Shown here piece by piece: positions 1-10,551 of a stretch of DNA of 64,000 bases (position 1 is its first letter; every line of letters begins with the position of its first letter). Location of the stretch: contig JAVJQW010000057.1 of the NCBI GenBank assembly GCA_040218735.1, forward strand, positions 160,001-224,000, read 5' to 3'. Both the position numbers and the translations under genes were made by a program. This DNA comes from Deltaproteobacteria bacterium. Its GTDB lineage: Bacteria; Myxococcota; Kuafuiibacteriia; Kuafuiibacteriales; Kuafuiibacteriaceae. The notes beneath the pieces were generated by a model. The model did not search any database and was not told the origin of the DNA. It saw only the letters and a list, made by a program, of their open reading frames with translations.

Positions 1-1268
1 ACGGCTACACCTGTCAGGCGAACGTGTGCCGGACGGGAGCGCGCGACGGCGGAGCCGCGACGGACGCGGGCACGAATCGGGACGGCGGCGCGGCGCGCGA
101 CGGCTCCACCACCGACGGCGGAGCCGACCGCGACGGTGGAACGAACGGCGACGGCGGAACGGACCGCGACGGTGGCACCGAGCGGGACGCGGGGCCGTGT
201 GACGAGACCTGGTGCGACGGCGAGTGCGTCGACCCCCAGGTGAGCGTCGCGCACTGCGGCGCGTGTGGCTTCGACTGCGCGGGCGGCGCGTGCATCGACG
301 GCGTGTGCCAAGCGTTCGTCTGGCAGGACCTCCCCGGCCAACGCCCCGGTCGCCTCGCGGCCGACGCCGACGATCTCTACTGGACGATCGACGCCTCCGC
401 CGGCGGCGTCTTCCAACGCACGTTCTTCGGCGGGCCGGGCCCCGTCCCCGTCGCGACCAACCAGTCCTACCCGGACCGCCTCGTCGTGTCGGATCAACAC
501 GTGGCGTGGACGGCGCTCGACGAACGCTCCGGTCCGCGCCCCGGTCACGTCCGCTACCGCGACAAGGCGCTCGCGGCGCCGCTCGTCGACGTCACCACGG
601 CGACGCAGCGCTCCCCCGACGGCTTCGCGATCGCCGACGGCCGAATCTTCTGGACCGTCGACAGCCCGCTCTATCTGCGCGCACACCCGATCGGCACGGC
701 GGTCGACACCTACGCCGAGCTGCAGTTCTCCGGCGGGTCGAGCTTCGTGCAGACGATGGTCGCCGACGACACGTACGTGTACTGGTTCGACGCCAACGCA
801 AACCTCTTCCGCGTCGCGCACGCGCTCGTCGGCGAGACGCCGGACCCGATGCTGAGCAACCAAGAGGAGGAGCCGAAGGATGCCCTCCTCTTGGGCGACT
901 GGATCTACTACGGCGACAGCGCGAACGGCCTCAACACCACCGGCTGGCTGCGTCGCACGAACAAGAGCACCTTCGCGACGGAGACACTCACCACCCGCGC
1001 GAACCCGGACGACGAAACCCACGGCGTCTACGCGCTCGCGAGCGACGGCGTGCTGCTCTACTACACGACAGAGGCGCCGAGCGGTCGCCTGGCCAACGTC
1101 TGGTCGATCCCCCTCGCCGGCGGAACCCCCGAGCGGGTCGCCCCGGTGACCAACCCGGCGAACACCTCGGCCCGCGGGCTCGCCGCGGTCGACGGGGTGG
1201 TGTTCTGGTCCGAGTGGACCTCGGACGGGTCGACGAACGGTCGCATCCGCGCGCGCCGCGTGCGATGA
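1..1268 (+). CDS. Secreted/surface protein, 5'-truncated: DGG-rich linker, Cys-rich module, beta-propeller-like repeats
   Basis: Frame is open from the window edge (GYTCQANVC...). It has tandem RDGG/DAG repeats, a CDGECVD..HCGACG..C...C..GVC module typical of myxobacterial Cys-rich proteins, and repeated 'LAADADDLYW/DDTYVYW' blades. Confidence 0.75.
   Translation, partial: GYTCQANVCRTGARDGGAATDAGTNRDGGAARDGSTTDGGADRDGGTNGDGGTDRDGGTERDAGPCDETWCDGECVDPQVSVAHCGACGFDCAGGACIDGVCQAFVWQDLPGQRPGRLAADADDLYWTIDASAGGVFQRTFFGGPGPVPVATNQSYPDRLVVSDQHVAWTALDERSGPRPGHVRYRDKALAAPLVDVTTATQRSPDGFAIADGRIFWTVDSPLYLRAHPIGTAVDTYAELQFSGGSSFVQTMVADDTYVYWFDANANLFRVAHALVGETPDPMLSNQEEEPKDALLLGDWIYYGDSANGLNTTGWLRRTNKSTFATETLTTRANPDDETHGVYALASDGVLLYYTTEAPSGRLANVWSIPLAGGTPERVAPVTNPANTSARGLAAVDGVVFWSEWTSDGSTNGRIRARRVR
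45..195 (+). repeat. Imperfect coding tandem repeat of about 18 nt (xxRDGG units)
   Basis: RDGGAATDAGTNRDGGAARDGSTTDGGADRDGGTNGDGGTDRDGGTERDAG; gacggc/gacggt recurs about every 18 nt. Confidence 0.8.
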
Positions 1269-1275
1269 CCGACGG

Positions 1276-1965
1276 GTGTCCGACGCCGCCGAGAGCCCAC
1301 GCGCGATCGCGCTGCGCGGCGCGCGCGACATGCTGCCGGTCATGCTCGGCGGCATCCCGTTCGGACTGATCGCCGGCGTCTCCGCGTCGGGGCTCGAGCT
1401 GTCGCCGCTGGAGGCCACCGCGATCTCCGCTTCGGTGTTCGCGGGTGCGTCGCAGCTCGCCGCCTACGAGCTGCTCGCCAATGACGCGCCGCTGATCGTC
1501 GTCTTCATCACCGCGGTGATCATCAACCTGCGCTTCATGATCTACAGCGCGGCGATCGCACCGACCTTCCGAGGTGAGCCGCTCCCGAAGCGCATCGTCT
1601 ACGCGTACCTGTTGACCGACCAAGCCTACGCGCTGACCGCGGCGCGCGAACGTTCGCTCCCACACCGCGTCGCGTATTACTTCGGCTGCGCAGTACCCAT
1701 GTGGACGATGTGGGTGAGCACGACGGCGGTCGGCGCGTTCGCGGGCGCGTCGATACCTCCGTCGTGGTCCTTGGAGTTCGCGGTGCCGCTTTGTTTCATC
1801 GCGCTGCTCGCGCCGGCCATCCGCGACCGAAAGCAGGTCGCGTGCGCCGTCGTCACGGCGGTGGCTGCGGTGCTGCTGCTGAAGGCGCCGCACCACAGCG
1901 GCGTCATCCTCTCCGTGCTGATCGGCATCGGCTTCGGCCTCGCGTTGGATCGGGTGCGCGCGTGA
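1276..1965 (+). CDS. azlC: AzlC family branched-chain amino acid exporter, large subunit
   Basis: Motifs PFGLIAG, VFAGASQ, INLRF, LLTDQAYA; multi-TM; followed by an AzlD-like gene. Confidence 0.9.
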   Translation: MSDAAESPRAIALRGARDMLPVMLGGIPFGLIAGVSASGLELSPLEATAISASVFAGASQLAAYELLANDAPLIVVFITAVIINLRFMIYSAAIAPTFRGEPLPKRIVYAYLLTDQAYALTAARERSLPHRVAYYFGCAVPMWTMWVSTTAVGAFAGASIPPSWSLEFAVPLCFIALLAPAIRDRKQVACAVVTAVAAVLLLKAPHHSGVILSVLIGIGFGLALDRVRA

Positions 1966-2252
1966 GCTGGGTCCTCCTCTTCGGCGCCATCGCGGCGGCC
2001 ACGTTGTTGCTCCGCGCGTCCTTCATCCTGAGCGGCGGGTCGGGGGCGTTCTTCGAGCGCCTCGCGCGCTACGTTCCGATCGCCGCCCTCACGGCGCTGG
2101 TCGTGCCGGCGGTCCTCCCGCAGGACGGCGAACCCATCTACGCGCGCGGCGTCGCGGCGGGGCTCGCGTTCGCCGTCGCGTACCGTGTGAAGAACGTCCT
2201 GGTGACGGTCATCGTCGGGATGGCCGCGTTACTCGTCCTCTTGGCGCTCTGA
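1962..2252 (+). CDS. azlD: AzlD domain small membrane subunit
   Basis: GTG 1962 overlaps the azlC stop (GTGA). About 96 aa and hydrophobic, with 'RYVPIAALTALVVP' and 'KNVLVTVIVGM'. Confidence 0.85.
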   Translation: MSWVLLFGAIAAATLLLRASFILSGGSGAFFERLARYVPIAALTALVVPAVLPQDGEPIYARGVAAGLAFAVAYRVKNVLVTVIVGMAALLVLLAL

Positions 2253-2951
2253 GCCGAGCGGCTCGCGCCCGTGCTCTTCCATCAACGCGTCGTACTCCTC
2301 GAGCAGAGTACGGCCGTTGATCTTCGGTGCCTTGATGCCGAGGACATTCATGGTGACCAGACCTGCGTACGCGACGGCCCGGTCGCGCTCGTTGTAACGC
2401 GACACGGTGCGGAGCGAGGCGAGGCTATCTCGCACCGTGCGAATGATGCGCTCTTCGATCCGTGTGGGGATGTTCGGGAGCGCAAAGACATCCGAAAGCT
2501 CGGCCAAGTGTCGCGCCATCGGGACGTGGTACTCGGGGTCGGTGTGGGCGAGCCGTTGCTCGCGACGCTCGGCTGCCTCGGAACGAAACGCGGTCACGAG
2601 GTCGAGGATCTCGGACACCTGGAACGGTTTGCGGATGACCCGGATGTCGAGCGCGCTCGCGGTGCGATCGATGTGGGTCTCCTCCGACCCCGTCACCAAC
2701 GCGATCTTCAGGAACGGGTTGTTCTTGCGGAGATACTCGCCGAATACGAGCCCCTCCATCCCCGGCAAGTTCTGGTCGAGAAAGGCGATTTGGAACGTCG
2801 TGTAGGGGAGGAGCTCCAAGCCCTCCTCTGCTGATTCCACTGAAAAGATTTGGTGACCACCGGGTAACAAGACCTGGGTGAGGAGGTCGCGCATGTCGGG
2901 GTCGTCATCGATGACGAGGATGTGCAGGAGGTCCTGATCGGCCGGTTCCAT
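2229..2951 (-). CDS. Response regulator (REC domain plus unrecognised C-terminal domain)
   Basis: ILVIDDD, phosphoacceptor [17 protein letters not shown]. Confidence 0.85.
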   Translation of the reverse strand: MEPADQDLLHILVIDDDPDMRDLLTQVLLPGGHQIFSVESAEEGLELLPYTTFQIAFLDQNLPGMEGLVFGEYLRKNNPFLKIALVTGSEETHIDRTASALDIRVIRKPFQVSEILDLVTAFRSEAAERREQRLAHTDPEYHVPMARHLAELSDVFALPNIPTRIEERIIRTVRDSLASLRTVSRYNERDRAVAYAGLVTMNVLGIKAPKINGRTLLEEYDALMEEHGREPLGSERQEDE

Positions 2952-3023
2952 GGGTCAGCTCGCTTCCTGGGACGTCCCTCGACAGTCGTTGACAAGAACA
3001 GGGCTCCTAGGTTCCTTCACCCC

Positions 3024-4340
3024 ATGGACGAGAGCAAGACCTACAAAGTCGCCGACATTGCCCAGGCCGATTTCGGACGCAAGGAAATCGAAATCGCCGA
3101 GACCGAGATGCCCGGTCTGATGGCGCTCCGCGAGGAGTACGGCGCGAGCCAGCCGCTCAAGGGCGCCCGCATCGCCGGCTGCCTCCACATGACGATCCAG
3201 ACCGCCGTGCTCATCGAGACGCTCGCGGCCCTGGGCGCCGAGGTCACCTGGACCTCGTGCAACATCTACTCGACGCAGGACCACGCCGCCGCCGCGATCG
3301 CGAAGGCCGGCATCCCGGTGTTCGCCTGGAAGGGTGAGACCGAGAAGGAGTACGTCGACTGCCTCGACCTCCAGCTCGGCGCGTTCAAGGACGGCAAGGC
3401 GCCGAACATGATCCTCGACGACGGCGGCGACCTCACCGCGCACGTCCACGAGAAGTTCCCGCAGTACTTCGAGGGCAACGACGCGATCCGCGGCGTCTCC
3501 GAGGAGACGACCACGGGCGTCAACGCGCTCCGCAAGCTCGAGAAGGCCGGCAAGCTCCTCTGCGCCGCGATGAACGTGAACGACTCGGTCACGAAGTCGA
3601 AGTTCGACAACCTCTACGGTTGCCGTGAGTCGGGCCTCGACGGCCTCAAGCGCGCGACGGACGTGATGGTCGCGGGCAAGACGGCGGTCGTCGCGGGTTA
3701 CGGCGACGTCGGCAAGGGCACCGCCCACGCGCTGCGTGGCCAGGGCGCCCGCGTGCTGATCACCGAGATCGACCCCATCTGCGCGCTGCAGGCCGCGATG
3801 GAGGGCTACCAGGTCGTCACGATGGACGAGGCCGCCCCGGTGGGTGACATCTTCATCACGGCCACGGGTAACGACGACGTCATCACCGCCGAGCACATGA
3901 AGGCGATGAAGAACGAGGCGATCCTCGCGAACATCGGCCACTTCGACACCGAGATTCAGGTCGCGTGGTTGGAGAACAACGACGAGATCAAGTGCGACCC
4001 GATCAAGCCGCAGGTCGATCACTTCATCTTCCCCGACGGCAAAAAGATCACGCTCCTCGCGCGCGGTCGTCTGATGAACCTCGGCTGCGCAACGGGTCAC
4101 CCGTCGTTCGTGATGTCGTGCTCGTTCACCAACCAGGTGCTCGCGCAGATCGAGCTGTGGAACAACACGAGCAAGTACGAGAAGAAGGTGTACATGCTCC
4201 CGAAGAAGCTCGACGAGAAGGTCGCCGCGCTTCACCTCGACCGCCTCGGCGCGAAGCTCACCACGCTCACGCAGAAGCAGGCGGACTACCTCGGGGTGGA
4301 GATCGAGGGTCCGTTCAAGCCGGAGCACTACCGCTACTAG
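3024..4340 (+). CDS. ahcY: Adenosylhomocysteinase (SAH hydrolase)
   Basis: [65 protein letters not shown]-terminal KPEHYRY. Start set to ATG 3024. Confidence 0.98.
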   Translation: MDESKTYKVADIAQADFGRKEIEIAETEMPGLMALREEYGASQPLKGARIAGCLHMTIQTAVLIETLAALGAEVTWTSCNIYSTQDHAAAAIAKAGIPVFAWKGETEKEYVDCLDLQLGAFKDGKAPNMILDDGGDLTAHVHEKFPQYFEGNDAIRGVSEETTTGVNALRKLEKAGKLLCAAMNVNDSVTKSKFDNLYGCRESGLDGLKRATDVMVAGKTAVVAGYGDVGKGTAHALRGQGARVLITEIDPICALQAAMEGYQVVTMDEAAPVGDIFITATGNDDVITAEHMKAMKNEAILANIGHFDTEIQVAWLENNDEIKCDPIKPQVDHFIFPDGKKITLLARGRLMNLGCATGHPSFVMSCSFTNQVLAQIELWNNTSKYEKKVYMLPKKLDEKVAALHLDRLGAKLTTLTQKQADYLGVEIEGPFKPEHYRY

Positions 4341-4361
4341 CCTTCGGGCTGGTTCGAGTTC

Positions 4362-5114
4362 GTGAGCGACGAACCCAAATGGTCGAAGTTCGCGCGGGGT
4401 CTCGCCGACTCCGCGCGGACCGCCACCAGTGACCTCGGCGACAAACTCGCCGGGGTCGCCGCGACCGCCCGTGAGAAGGCGGCCAAGGCCGGGGAGACGA
4501 CCCGCTTCGTCATCGAATCCCTCGGCAACGCCTCCGAAGATCGTGATCACCTCCCGGGCCTGACGCAGCGGTTCGTCCGCGCGTTGTCGGGACTCGAAGG
4601 CCAGCTCGACCGCGAAGCCACGGCGGTCGCCATCGGCTACCTCGGCGGCGGCGGCGTGGGTGTCTCGCAGATGGCGGGCACCGAGATCTTCTACCTCCGG
4701 CCCGACGGCCCGGTGCGCGGCCAGCTCCGCGTCAGCACGGTGAGCGGCCAGGTCGCCCGCCTCGCCTTCGGCGCCTCCACCGGCGCCTACGCCGCCTGCT
4801 TCTACGGCGACCGTGACGTCCTCTCCCGCCCCACGCGACGCCGCGGCGCGGACGTGGAGATCCTCGTCGCCTCGATCGGCTTCTTCCGCGTCGAGTCCCA
4901 CCGCGACGACCGCCGCGCCGCCGGCTGGATGGTCGGCCTCGGCGCCGGCGTCGGCCTCGGCGTCCCCATCCTCTCGGAGCTGTCGGGCTTCGACCTCACG
5001 GAGGCCGTGCAGGGCTCCTTCCCGCTCGACGCGCGCGACGCCGCGACCATCGAAGCCGTGGTGAAGAGCGCGCCGGACCGCGGCGTGCGACGCAGGATCG
5101 CGCAGGCGTTGTAG
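4362..5114 (+). CDS. Hypothetical protein (helical N-terminus, Gly-rich beta C-terminus)
   Basis: Protein-like ORF with GC-rich third positions filling the space between ahcY and the convergent GT2 gene; no family recognised. Confidence 0.65.
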   Translation: MSDEPKWSKFARGLADSARTATSDLGDKLAGVAATAREKAAKAGETTRFVIESLGNASEDRDHLPGLTQRFVRALSGLEGQLDREATAVAIGYLGGGGVGVSQMAGTEIFYLRPDGPVRGQLRVSTVSGQVARLAFGASTGAYAACFYGDRDVLSRPTRRRGADVEILVASIGFFRVESHRDDRRAAGWMVGLGAGVGLGVPILSELSGFDLTEAVQGSFPLDARDAATIEAVVKSAPDRGVRRRIAQAL

Positions 5115-5117
5115 GCC

Positions 5118-6908
5118 CTAGGACGTCGCTCGATCCACGGCCTGGCACCACGCGTTCCCGGGCGCCTCTTCGAACGCCACGCTCGTCGCAAGCGCCTGGC
5201 TCTGGCGCGCCTCGCCTTCGCCGCAGGTCGACAGCACGCGCTCCACCGTGACGACCTCGGCGAGGCGTTCGAGCGCGCGCCCGATCTGTTCTCCATCGGC
5301 CGCGAGGTGCCTCGCGCGGTACCAGTCACGCGCGCGGAACATCCGCGGGCGGCCCGCCACCGTGCTCAGGCGCGTGCGTCCGTCCGGGAGCGTGAACGCT
5401 GCGACCGCGACGTTCATGCGCGGGTGGCGGTCCAAGGCGTCCGCGAGGCGCGCGGCGCAGTCGGGGTCGAGCTGGTCGCCCTCGCCCACCTCCAGGATGT
5501 ACTCCGCGCGCGCCGCATCGATGGCCGCCGACACGTCGCCGCACCGGACCTCCGTCGACACACCCACCTGCGCGAACGTCGCGGGCACCCGGCTCACGAT
5601 CGCGACCTTCGGGACCTCGAAGGTCTCTCCCGGCGCCTCGAGACGTTCGACCGGGATCTTGCTCCGCGTCATCACGCGCGTCGTTTGGGCGTCCTCCTCC
5701 CGGACGACCGCGTCGGGGTGCTCCTGGTGGTGCGCGAGCGCCTCGCGCTCGGCGATGAACCAAGCGCCGCGGCGGTAGAGACGGTAGGAGAACTCGACGT
5801 CCTCGCCACCCCACCGCTCGTACGACTCGTCGAAGCCACCGACCGCCAACGCGTCGCGCCGAAAGAACGCGAGGTTGCCGCTCGCACCGAACCGATAGCC
5901 GTACGGCTCCTTCCGAAGGTCGTGGGTCTCGTCGTAGCGCGGGATGCGCCAGTCGAGCGTCGGCGCTTCCGCCAAACGAATCGCCGCCGGAGCGAGACGG
6001 TCCGGCAGGCGCTCCACCACGCGCGAGTCCGCCTCGATCTCCTCCACGCTGACGTCGTCCGTCGCGACGAAACGTCGCCCGCCGACCGTCACCAGCGGCG
6101 CTTCGGTGACGTGGAACCACCGTGCGTGCGCAGCGAGCAGCTCCGGCGCCGGGAGCATGTCGCAGTCGAGCAGCACGATCACCTCACCCCGGGCCGCCTG
6201 CATGCCGAGGTTGCGCACCCGTGCCGCGCGGAAGCCGAGGTCCTCCTGCCGCACGACACAAACCCGGAGCCGATCGCGGAAACGACGCACGAGCAACTCC
6301 GGTTCGTCGTTGCTCCCGTCGTCCGCGATGATCACCTCGACGAGCTCCAGCGGATACGTCGACGCCGCGAGCGCGGCGAGCGTCTTCGCGAGGATCGGGC
6401 GACGGTTGTAGACCGGAATCACCACCGACACCTCGAGACGCTCCCAACCCATCGGCAGATCCGCGACCCGACGCGCGAGCGCCGAGAAGTCGTTGTCCAG
6501 CGCGAGGCCCGCCTCGCGATCCGAAGCGCGCCGCAGCGACGCCACACGCCGGCGCACGCGACGCGCCGTCGTCCGCAGCCGCGGCAGCGCCATCACCTGC
6601 TCCACCGCGAGGTCCGCAAACGCGAGCGGCGCCAAGATGCCCCGCCGCACGACGAACCGCGACGCCCCTGGCACCGCCATCGCGACCAGCTCGAGCTTGC
6701 GCTGGTGCTGCGCGACGACCACCGCGTTCGCTCGAATGGAACGCGCGGCGCGCAGCGCTCCCGCCAACCCGCACGGGAGGTCACGCCCCAACGTCAGCAG
6801 CCGCGCGCCCGGGAACGCCGTGGCCATCGCCGCACGCACCGAATCGTCGGGCGCATTGAGCAGCACGACGACGTCGCCCCGCGGTACGTCTCGCGCCCCC
6901 GGGATCAA
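5118..6908 (-). CDS. Family 2 glycosyltransferase, chondroitin/hyaluronan synthase (KfoC/PmHAS)-like, second GT-A domain degenerate
   Basis: VSVVIPVYNR, ADDGS, RNLG, LDCDM, DWR, SGNLAF, GFDESYERWGGEDVEFSYRLYRRG, HQEHP. Confidence 0.85.
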   Translation of the reverse strand: MIPGARDVPRGDVVVLLNAPDDSVRAAMATAFPGARLLTLGRDLPCGLAGALRAARSIRANAVVVAQHQRKLELVAMAVPGASRFVVRRGILAPLAFADLAVEQVMALPRLRTTARRVRRRVASLRRASDREAGLALDNDFSALARRVADLPMGWERLEVSVVIPVYNRRPILAKTLAALAASTYPLELVEVIIADDGSNDEPELLVRRFRDRLRVCVVRQEDLGFRAARVRNLGMQAARGEVIVLLDCDMLPAPELLAAHARWFHVTEAPLVTVGGRRFVATDDVSVEEIEADSRVVERLPDRLAPAAIRLAEAPTLDWRIPRYDETHDLRKEPYGYRFGASGNLAFFRRDALAVGGFDESYERWGGEDVEFSYRLYRRGAWFIAEREALAHHQEHPDAVVREEDAQTTRVMTRSKIPVERLEAPGETFEVPKVAIVSRVPATFAQVGVSTEVRCGDVSAAIDAARAEYILEVGEGDQLDPDCAARLADALDRHPRMNVAVAAFTLPDGRTRLSTVAGRPRMFRARDWYRARHLAADGEQIGRALERLAEVVTVERVLSTCGEGEARQSQALATSVAFEEAPGNAWCQAVDRATS

Positions 6909-8209
6909 GTCGTCCCCACGTACGCATCGAGGACCCCGGCGAGCTGCCGCGCCTGCGCGCGCCGCGAGTACTTCTCTGCGGTGCTTGCCCGCATCGCCGG
7001 GTCCTGGTCGTGCAGAGTCCCGGCTTCGAATCGTTCCAACAGCCGCACCACCGCGCGGTACGCCTCGTCCGGATCCCCGACGTTCACGAGTGTGCCGTTC
7101 TTCGCCTCGTCGATCATCGGCCCCACCACGCTCCCCTTCGGGAGCAGCGCGAGGAGGTGCCGCCCCAGCGCGAGCGCCTCGTACGCCTTACCCGGGATGG
7201 TCCCGCGGTAGAGCGGGTTCGCGTCGTTCACCATCGCGATCAACACGTCGCACCCGAGGCTGTAGCGGATGCTGTCGTCGCGCGACATGTGCCCGACGTT
7301 CTGCACCAAGTCACCGAGCCCCTTCGCCTCCACCTGCTCCGCGAGCTTCGCCGGGAATCCGGTGAACGTGACGAGTGGCGCGCGTGATCGTCCGTGCGAC
7401 TCGACGATGCGCTCCACCGTGTCGACCACCAACCCGAACGGATGGGTGTACTGCGGCGTCCCGTTGAAGTGCAGGTGAAGCCGCGCGTTCTTCGGCCGCT
7501 CGTCCGCGGCGGCGAGGAGCTCCGTCGGGATGTCGTGCCCGTTTCGTATGACGTGAAACTTCGACGCCGGCAGACCGAAGCGCTCCGCGAGGTGGTCGCG
7601 ATAACCGGGCGACACACAGACGATACCGTCCACCGTCTTCACGACACGCGCCTCCACCCGCTCGAAGAACGCCTGCTGGTAACTCGTCTGTTTGATCTGC
7701 ACGCGGTCGTCCGACCACAGGTCGCGGTAGTCCATCACCCACGGGATTCGTTTCGCCGCGCGGACGATCAACCCCGCGAGGTGCGCGACGTGCGGAGGTC
7801 CGCTCGTGAACATCGCGTCGACCTCGCCGCGCCGGACGAGCGCCGCTCCCTTCGCCGCGACCTTCATCGCCCAGTGAAACTGCGCGTCCGGGTAGTGGTG
7901 GATGAACAGCTTCCCCGCACGCACTGCCGGTCGTTTCAGTAGACGCGGGAGCGGCAACCCACCGATCGCGTCGGTGTGTTTCTGCAGGTCCCCCTGGAAC
8001 TGACTCGTGATGCGGTGCACCTCGGTCACCGCGGGGAGCTCCGCGAGGAGCGCGTCGTCGTAACGCGACCGCGACGGCGAACGGTCCGAGCACAGCACCG
8101 TCAACGCGTACCCGTTCTCCGGCAGGTACTTCGCGAAGCTGAACGCCCGCCAGATCCCCGGCCCGCTCATCGGCGGGAAGTCGAGGTTCACGTAGAGGAG
8201 TCGTCGCAC
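6905..8209 (-). CDS. Family 4 glycosyltransferase (GT-B)
   Basis: FPP..G.G..R, TSGPPH, DYRDLW, VSP, IRNG, IPGKAYEALA. Stop overlaps the GT2 start. Confidence 0.88.
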   Translation of the reverse strand: MRRLLYVNLDFPPMSGPGIWRAFSFAKYLPENGYALTVLCSDRSPSRSRYDDALLAELPAVTEVHRITSQFQGDLQKHTDAIGGLPLPRLLKRPAVRAGKLFIHHYPDAQFHWAMKVAAKGAALVRRGEVDAMFTSGPPHVAHLAGLIVRAAKRIPWVMDYRDLWSDDRVQIKQTSYQQAFFERVEARVVKTVDGIVCVSPGYRDHLAERFGLPASKFHVIRNGHDIPTELLAAADERPKNARLHLHFNGTPQYTHPFGLVVDTVERIVESHGRSRAPLVTFTGFPAKLAEQVEAKGLGDLVQNVGHMSRDDSIRYSLGCDVLIAMVNDANPLYRGTIPGKAYEALALGRHLLALLPKGSVVGPMIDEAKNGTLVNVGDPDEAYRAVVRLLERFEAGTLHDQDPAMRASTAEKYSRRAQARQLAGVLDAYVGTT

Positions 8210-8256
8210 GGGCCGCCCCGGAGCCTAGCCGAAGCCGCCCGCCCTGCAAGGTGATT

Positions 8257-10551
8257 TCAGCGCTTCACCGTCCACACCGACGGCGGCACATGCATCGTCA
8301 CGCCCTGCCCGAGGATCTCGACGCTCGAAGCCGGCGCGTTCAGCGTCCCGGCGAACGACGGGATGACGTCGTAGGCGATCGGCGCCGACCCCGCCCGCAC
8401 CGCGAACGTGAGCTCCACGCCCGACGCGTCGACCACGTAGCGCTCCAACGTCCCCGTGATCTGCTGCGACGCCAACGACGACGGGTCCGGCCGCACGCCC
8501 GCGGGGAGCTGATGTTTCACCGTCACCCGCGTCCCTGGCGGCGCCCCGACGCGCACCGCGACCGGGACCTTCGCCCCCACGCGAGCCGCCGCGCCGACGT
8601 CGATCTCCAACGCGAGGTCACGACGCGTCGGTGCCGGCCACGGGACGTACGACTCGAGCGTGAGCGTGAAGCCGAGCCCTGGTACCGGAGGCTGCGCCTC
8701 GACCTTCCACTGATGCGCCCCCACCGCGCCGCGCACCCGCGCGCTCAGCGCGTAACGCTCATGACGACGCTTCGGATCGATCGCACCCGACACGACCTCC
8801 TCGCCGTCCTTCGTCAGACGGATCTTCACGTTCTCGGGGATGGGCTCGTCGAACACCACCGCCACCGCGCGCAGCGCCGCGAGGTTCGTCACCGCGTCGC
8901 CGAAGCCGCCCCACGGCCGGTACGCGGAGAGAATCGCCGCGCCGAGATCCGGGAGCAGCTTCGAAGCGTCTTCACTCCCGTGTAACGCGAGCACCGCGAG
9001 GGCCGTCGCCTCGACCACCGTCGGCCGCCGACCATCCGCACGGACCACGCCCTTCGGCACCGGGAGGATCCGCGCGCCGTCCTCGCGCTGCTCGAGCGCA
9101 TCGACGACCCGCTTCCGCAGCACGTCGCGGATCGTGCCTTCCACGCCACCGCTCGCGACGATCGCCGCCGCCGTGTACGCGTCCTCGACGCGGCGCGTGT
9201 GGCGCTCGAACGCACCGCTCGCGCGCACCGTCACGGCGCGTGCACGACGCTCGCCCGCTTCGTCGTCACCCGCCGCGAGCACCGCACGCACGCCGTCCGC
9301 CGTCGCGATCAACACCCGCTGCAGCGGCCACCCCGTGCCGCCACCGAACGTCCCGTCAGGGCTCTGCGCCGACTGCAGCTGCGACGCCAGACGATCGCCG
9401 AGCCGCTTCAGCACCGGCTGCTCGGGGTGCGCCAACGCGGCCTCCACGAACAGCGCGGCGGTCGCCGGATCCGGAGCGCGCGTGTGGCGCAAGGTACGTT
9501 GCGTCGCGACGATCCGCATGCGCCGCAGGTGCTCGGGGTCGACCTTGCCCCCGAGCTTCTCCGCCAAGACACCCGCCCGCCCCGCGAGGAGCAGCGTGTA
9601 CGCATCGTCGGCCGGGCCGCCGCGCGCCATGCACGCGCCGACCTCCGAAGTCAGCAGACCGAGCGCGCCCGGGTACACGACGAGGCGCGCACGAACCGCG
9701 TCCGGGTCCGCGTTCGACGCGACGTCGATGGCGACCGTCCGCGGCGATGCGAGCGTCCCACCGTGCTCCGACTCCACGAGGCGCCCACGCGGGAAGACCT
9801 CGAACGTCCGCTCCACGGCGTCGTAGCGACCGAACCGCGCGGAGAGCTTCACCGTCCCGGGCCGGTCGGCGCGCACCCGCAGGAACCGCACCGTCGAACC
9901 GCCGCGCGGCAGCTTCACGTCGCCCGCCGCGGCCACCAGCACGGCCCCCTCGACGTTCGCCGTGAGCTTCCCGGACACCGCCTCTTCGGTGTTGTTCACG
10001 ACCTGGATCGGCACGTCGACGACGTCCGAGACCAAGAGCTGCTTCGGCACGATCGGGTCGAGGTAGACCGGCAGCGTCCCGACGAATGACGTCACCGTCC
10101 CCGCCTGTGCACCGTCGCGCGAGTGCGCCAGCGCGAGCACCCGCCACGTCGTGAGGCGGTCGGGGATCTTCACGTCGTACGATGCCTGCCCCGACGCGTT
10201 CGTCTCGACCCGCGGCTCCCACAGGAACGTCTCCGGGAACCACGCGCGGGTCGCGGGCGCAGCCTCGCCGTCTTCGTCGTCCGCCTCCGGCTCGGCCTCG
10301 GGCTCCATGTTGCCCTTGCCTTCGAGCATCAGGCTCCCGACCGACGCCTCCTTCTTCATCTTTGCGCGCGAGCGACGCGGCGCCTCCGCCGGCGCGGGTG
10401 ATCCGGGGGCCACCCCGCCGAACCCGCCTCCGCCGCGGTCGGCGGCGAGATCGAACGCCTCCTCCTGCTCCATGATGGCGGCCGGCGCCTCGTCCTTCTG
10501 CGCGCAACCGACGACCAACGTCAGGGCAACGATCCACTGAATGGACTTCAC
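8257..10551 (-). CDS. Alpha-2-macroglobulin-like C-terminal half, lipoprotein, no CxEQ thioester
   Basis: Lipobox LVVGC. A2M hallmark RAWFPETFLW..PDRLTTWRVLA; Q.PDGTF repeat of the helical TED-like region. GTG 10551 overlaps the upstream stop. Confidence 0.8.
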   Translation of the reverse strand: MKSIQWIVALTLVVGCAQKDEAPAAIMEQEEAFDLAADRGGGGFGGVAPGSPAPAEAPRRSRAKMKKEASVGSLMLEGKGNMEPEAEPEADDEDGEAAPATRAWFPETFLWEPRVETNASGQASYDVKIPDRLTTWRVLALAHSRDGAQAGTVTSFVGTLPVYLDPIVPKQLLVSDVVDVPIQVVNNTEEAVSGKLTANVEGAVLVAAAGDVKLPRGGSTVRFLRVRADRPGTVKLSARFGRYDAVERTFEVFPRGRLVESEHGGTLASPRTVAIDVASNADPDAVRARLVVYPGALGLLTSEVGACMARGGPADDAYTLLLAGRAGVLAEKLGGKVDPEHLRRMRIVATQRTLRHTRAPDPATAALFVEAALAHPEQPVLKRLGDRLASQLQSAQSPDGTFGGGTGWPLQRVLIATADGVRAVLAAGDDEAGERRARAVTVRASGAFERHTRRVEDAYTAAAIVASGGVEGTIRDVLRKRVVDALEQREDGARILPVPKGVVRADGRRPTVVEATALAVLALHGSEDASKLLPDLGAAILSAYRPWGGFGDAVTNLAALRAVAVVFDEPIPENVKIRLTKDGEEVVSGAIDPKRRHERYALSARVRGAVGAHQWKVEAQPPVPGLGFTLTLESYVPWPAPTRRDLALEIDVGAAARVGAKVPVAVRVGAPPGTRVTVKHQLPAGVRPDPSSLASQQITGTLERYVVDASGVELTFAVRAGSAPIAYDVIPSFAGTLNAPASSVEILGQGVTMHVPPSVWTVKR

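Noticed and set aside
2952-3023. SAH riboswitch expected upstream of ahcY, and a perfect TTGACA at 2989-2994
   Set aside because: The 72-bp divergent spacer shows no SAH-riboswitch consensus that I can recognise. TTGACA is only 13 bp from the TAGGTT box, too close for a standard sigma-70 pair.
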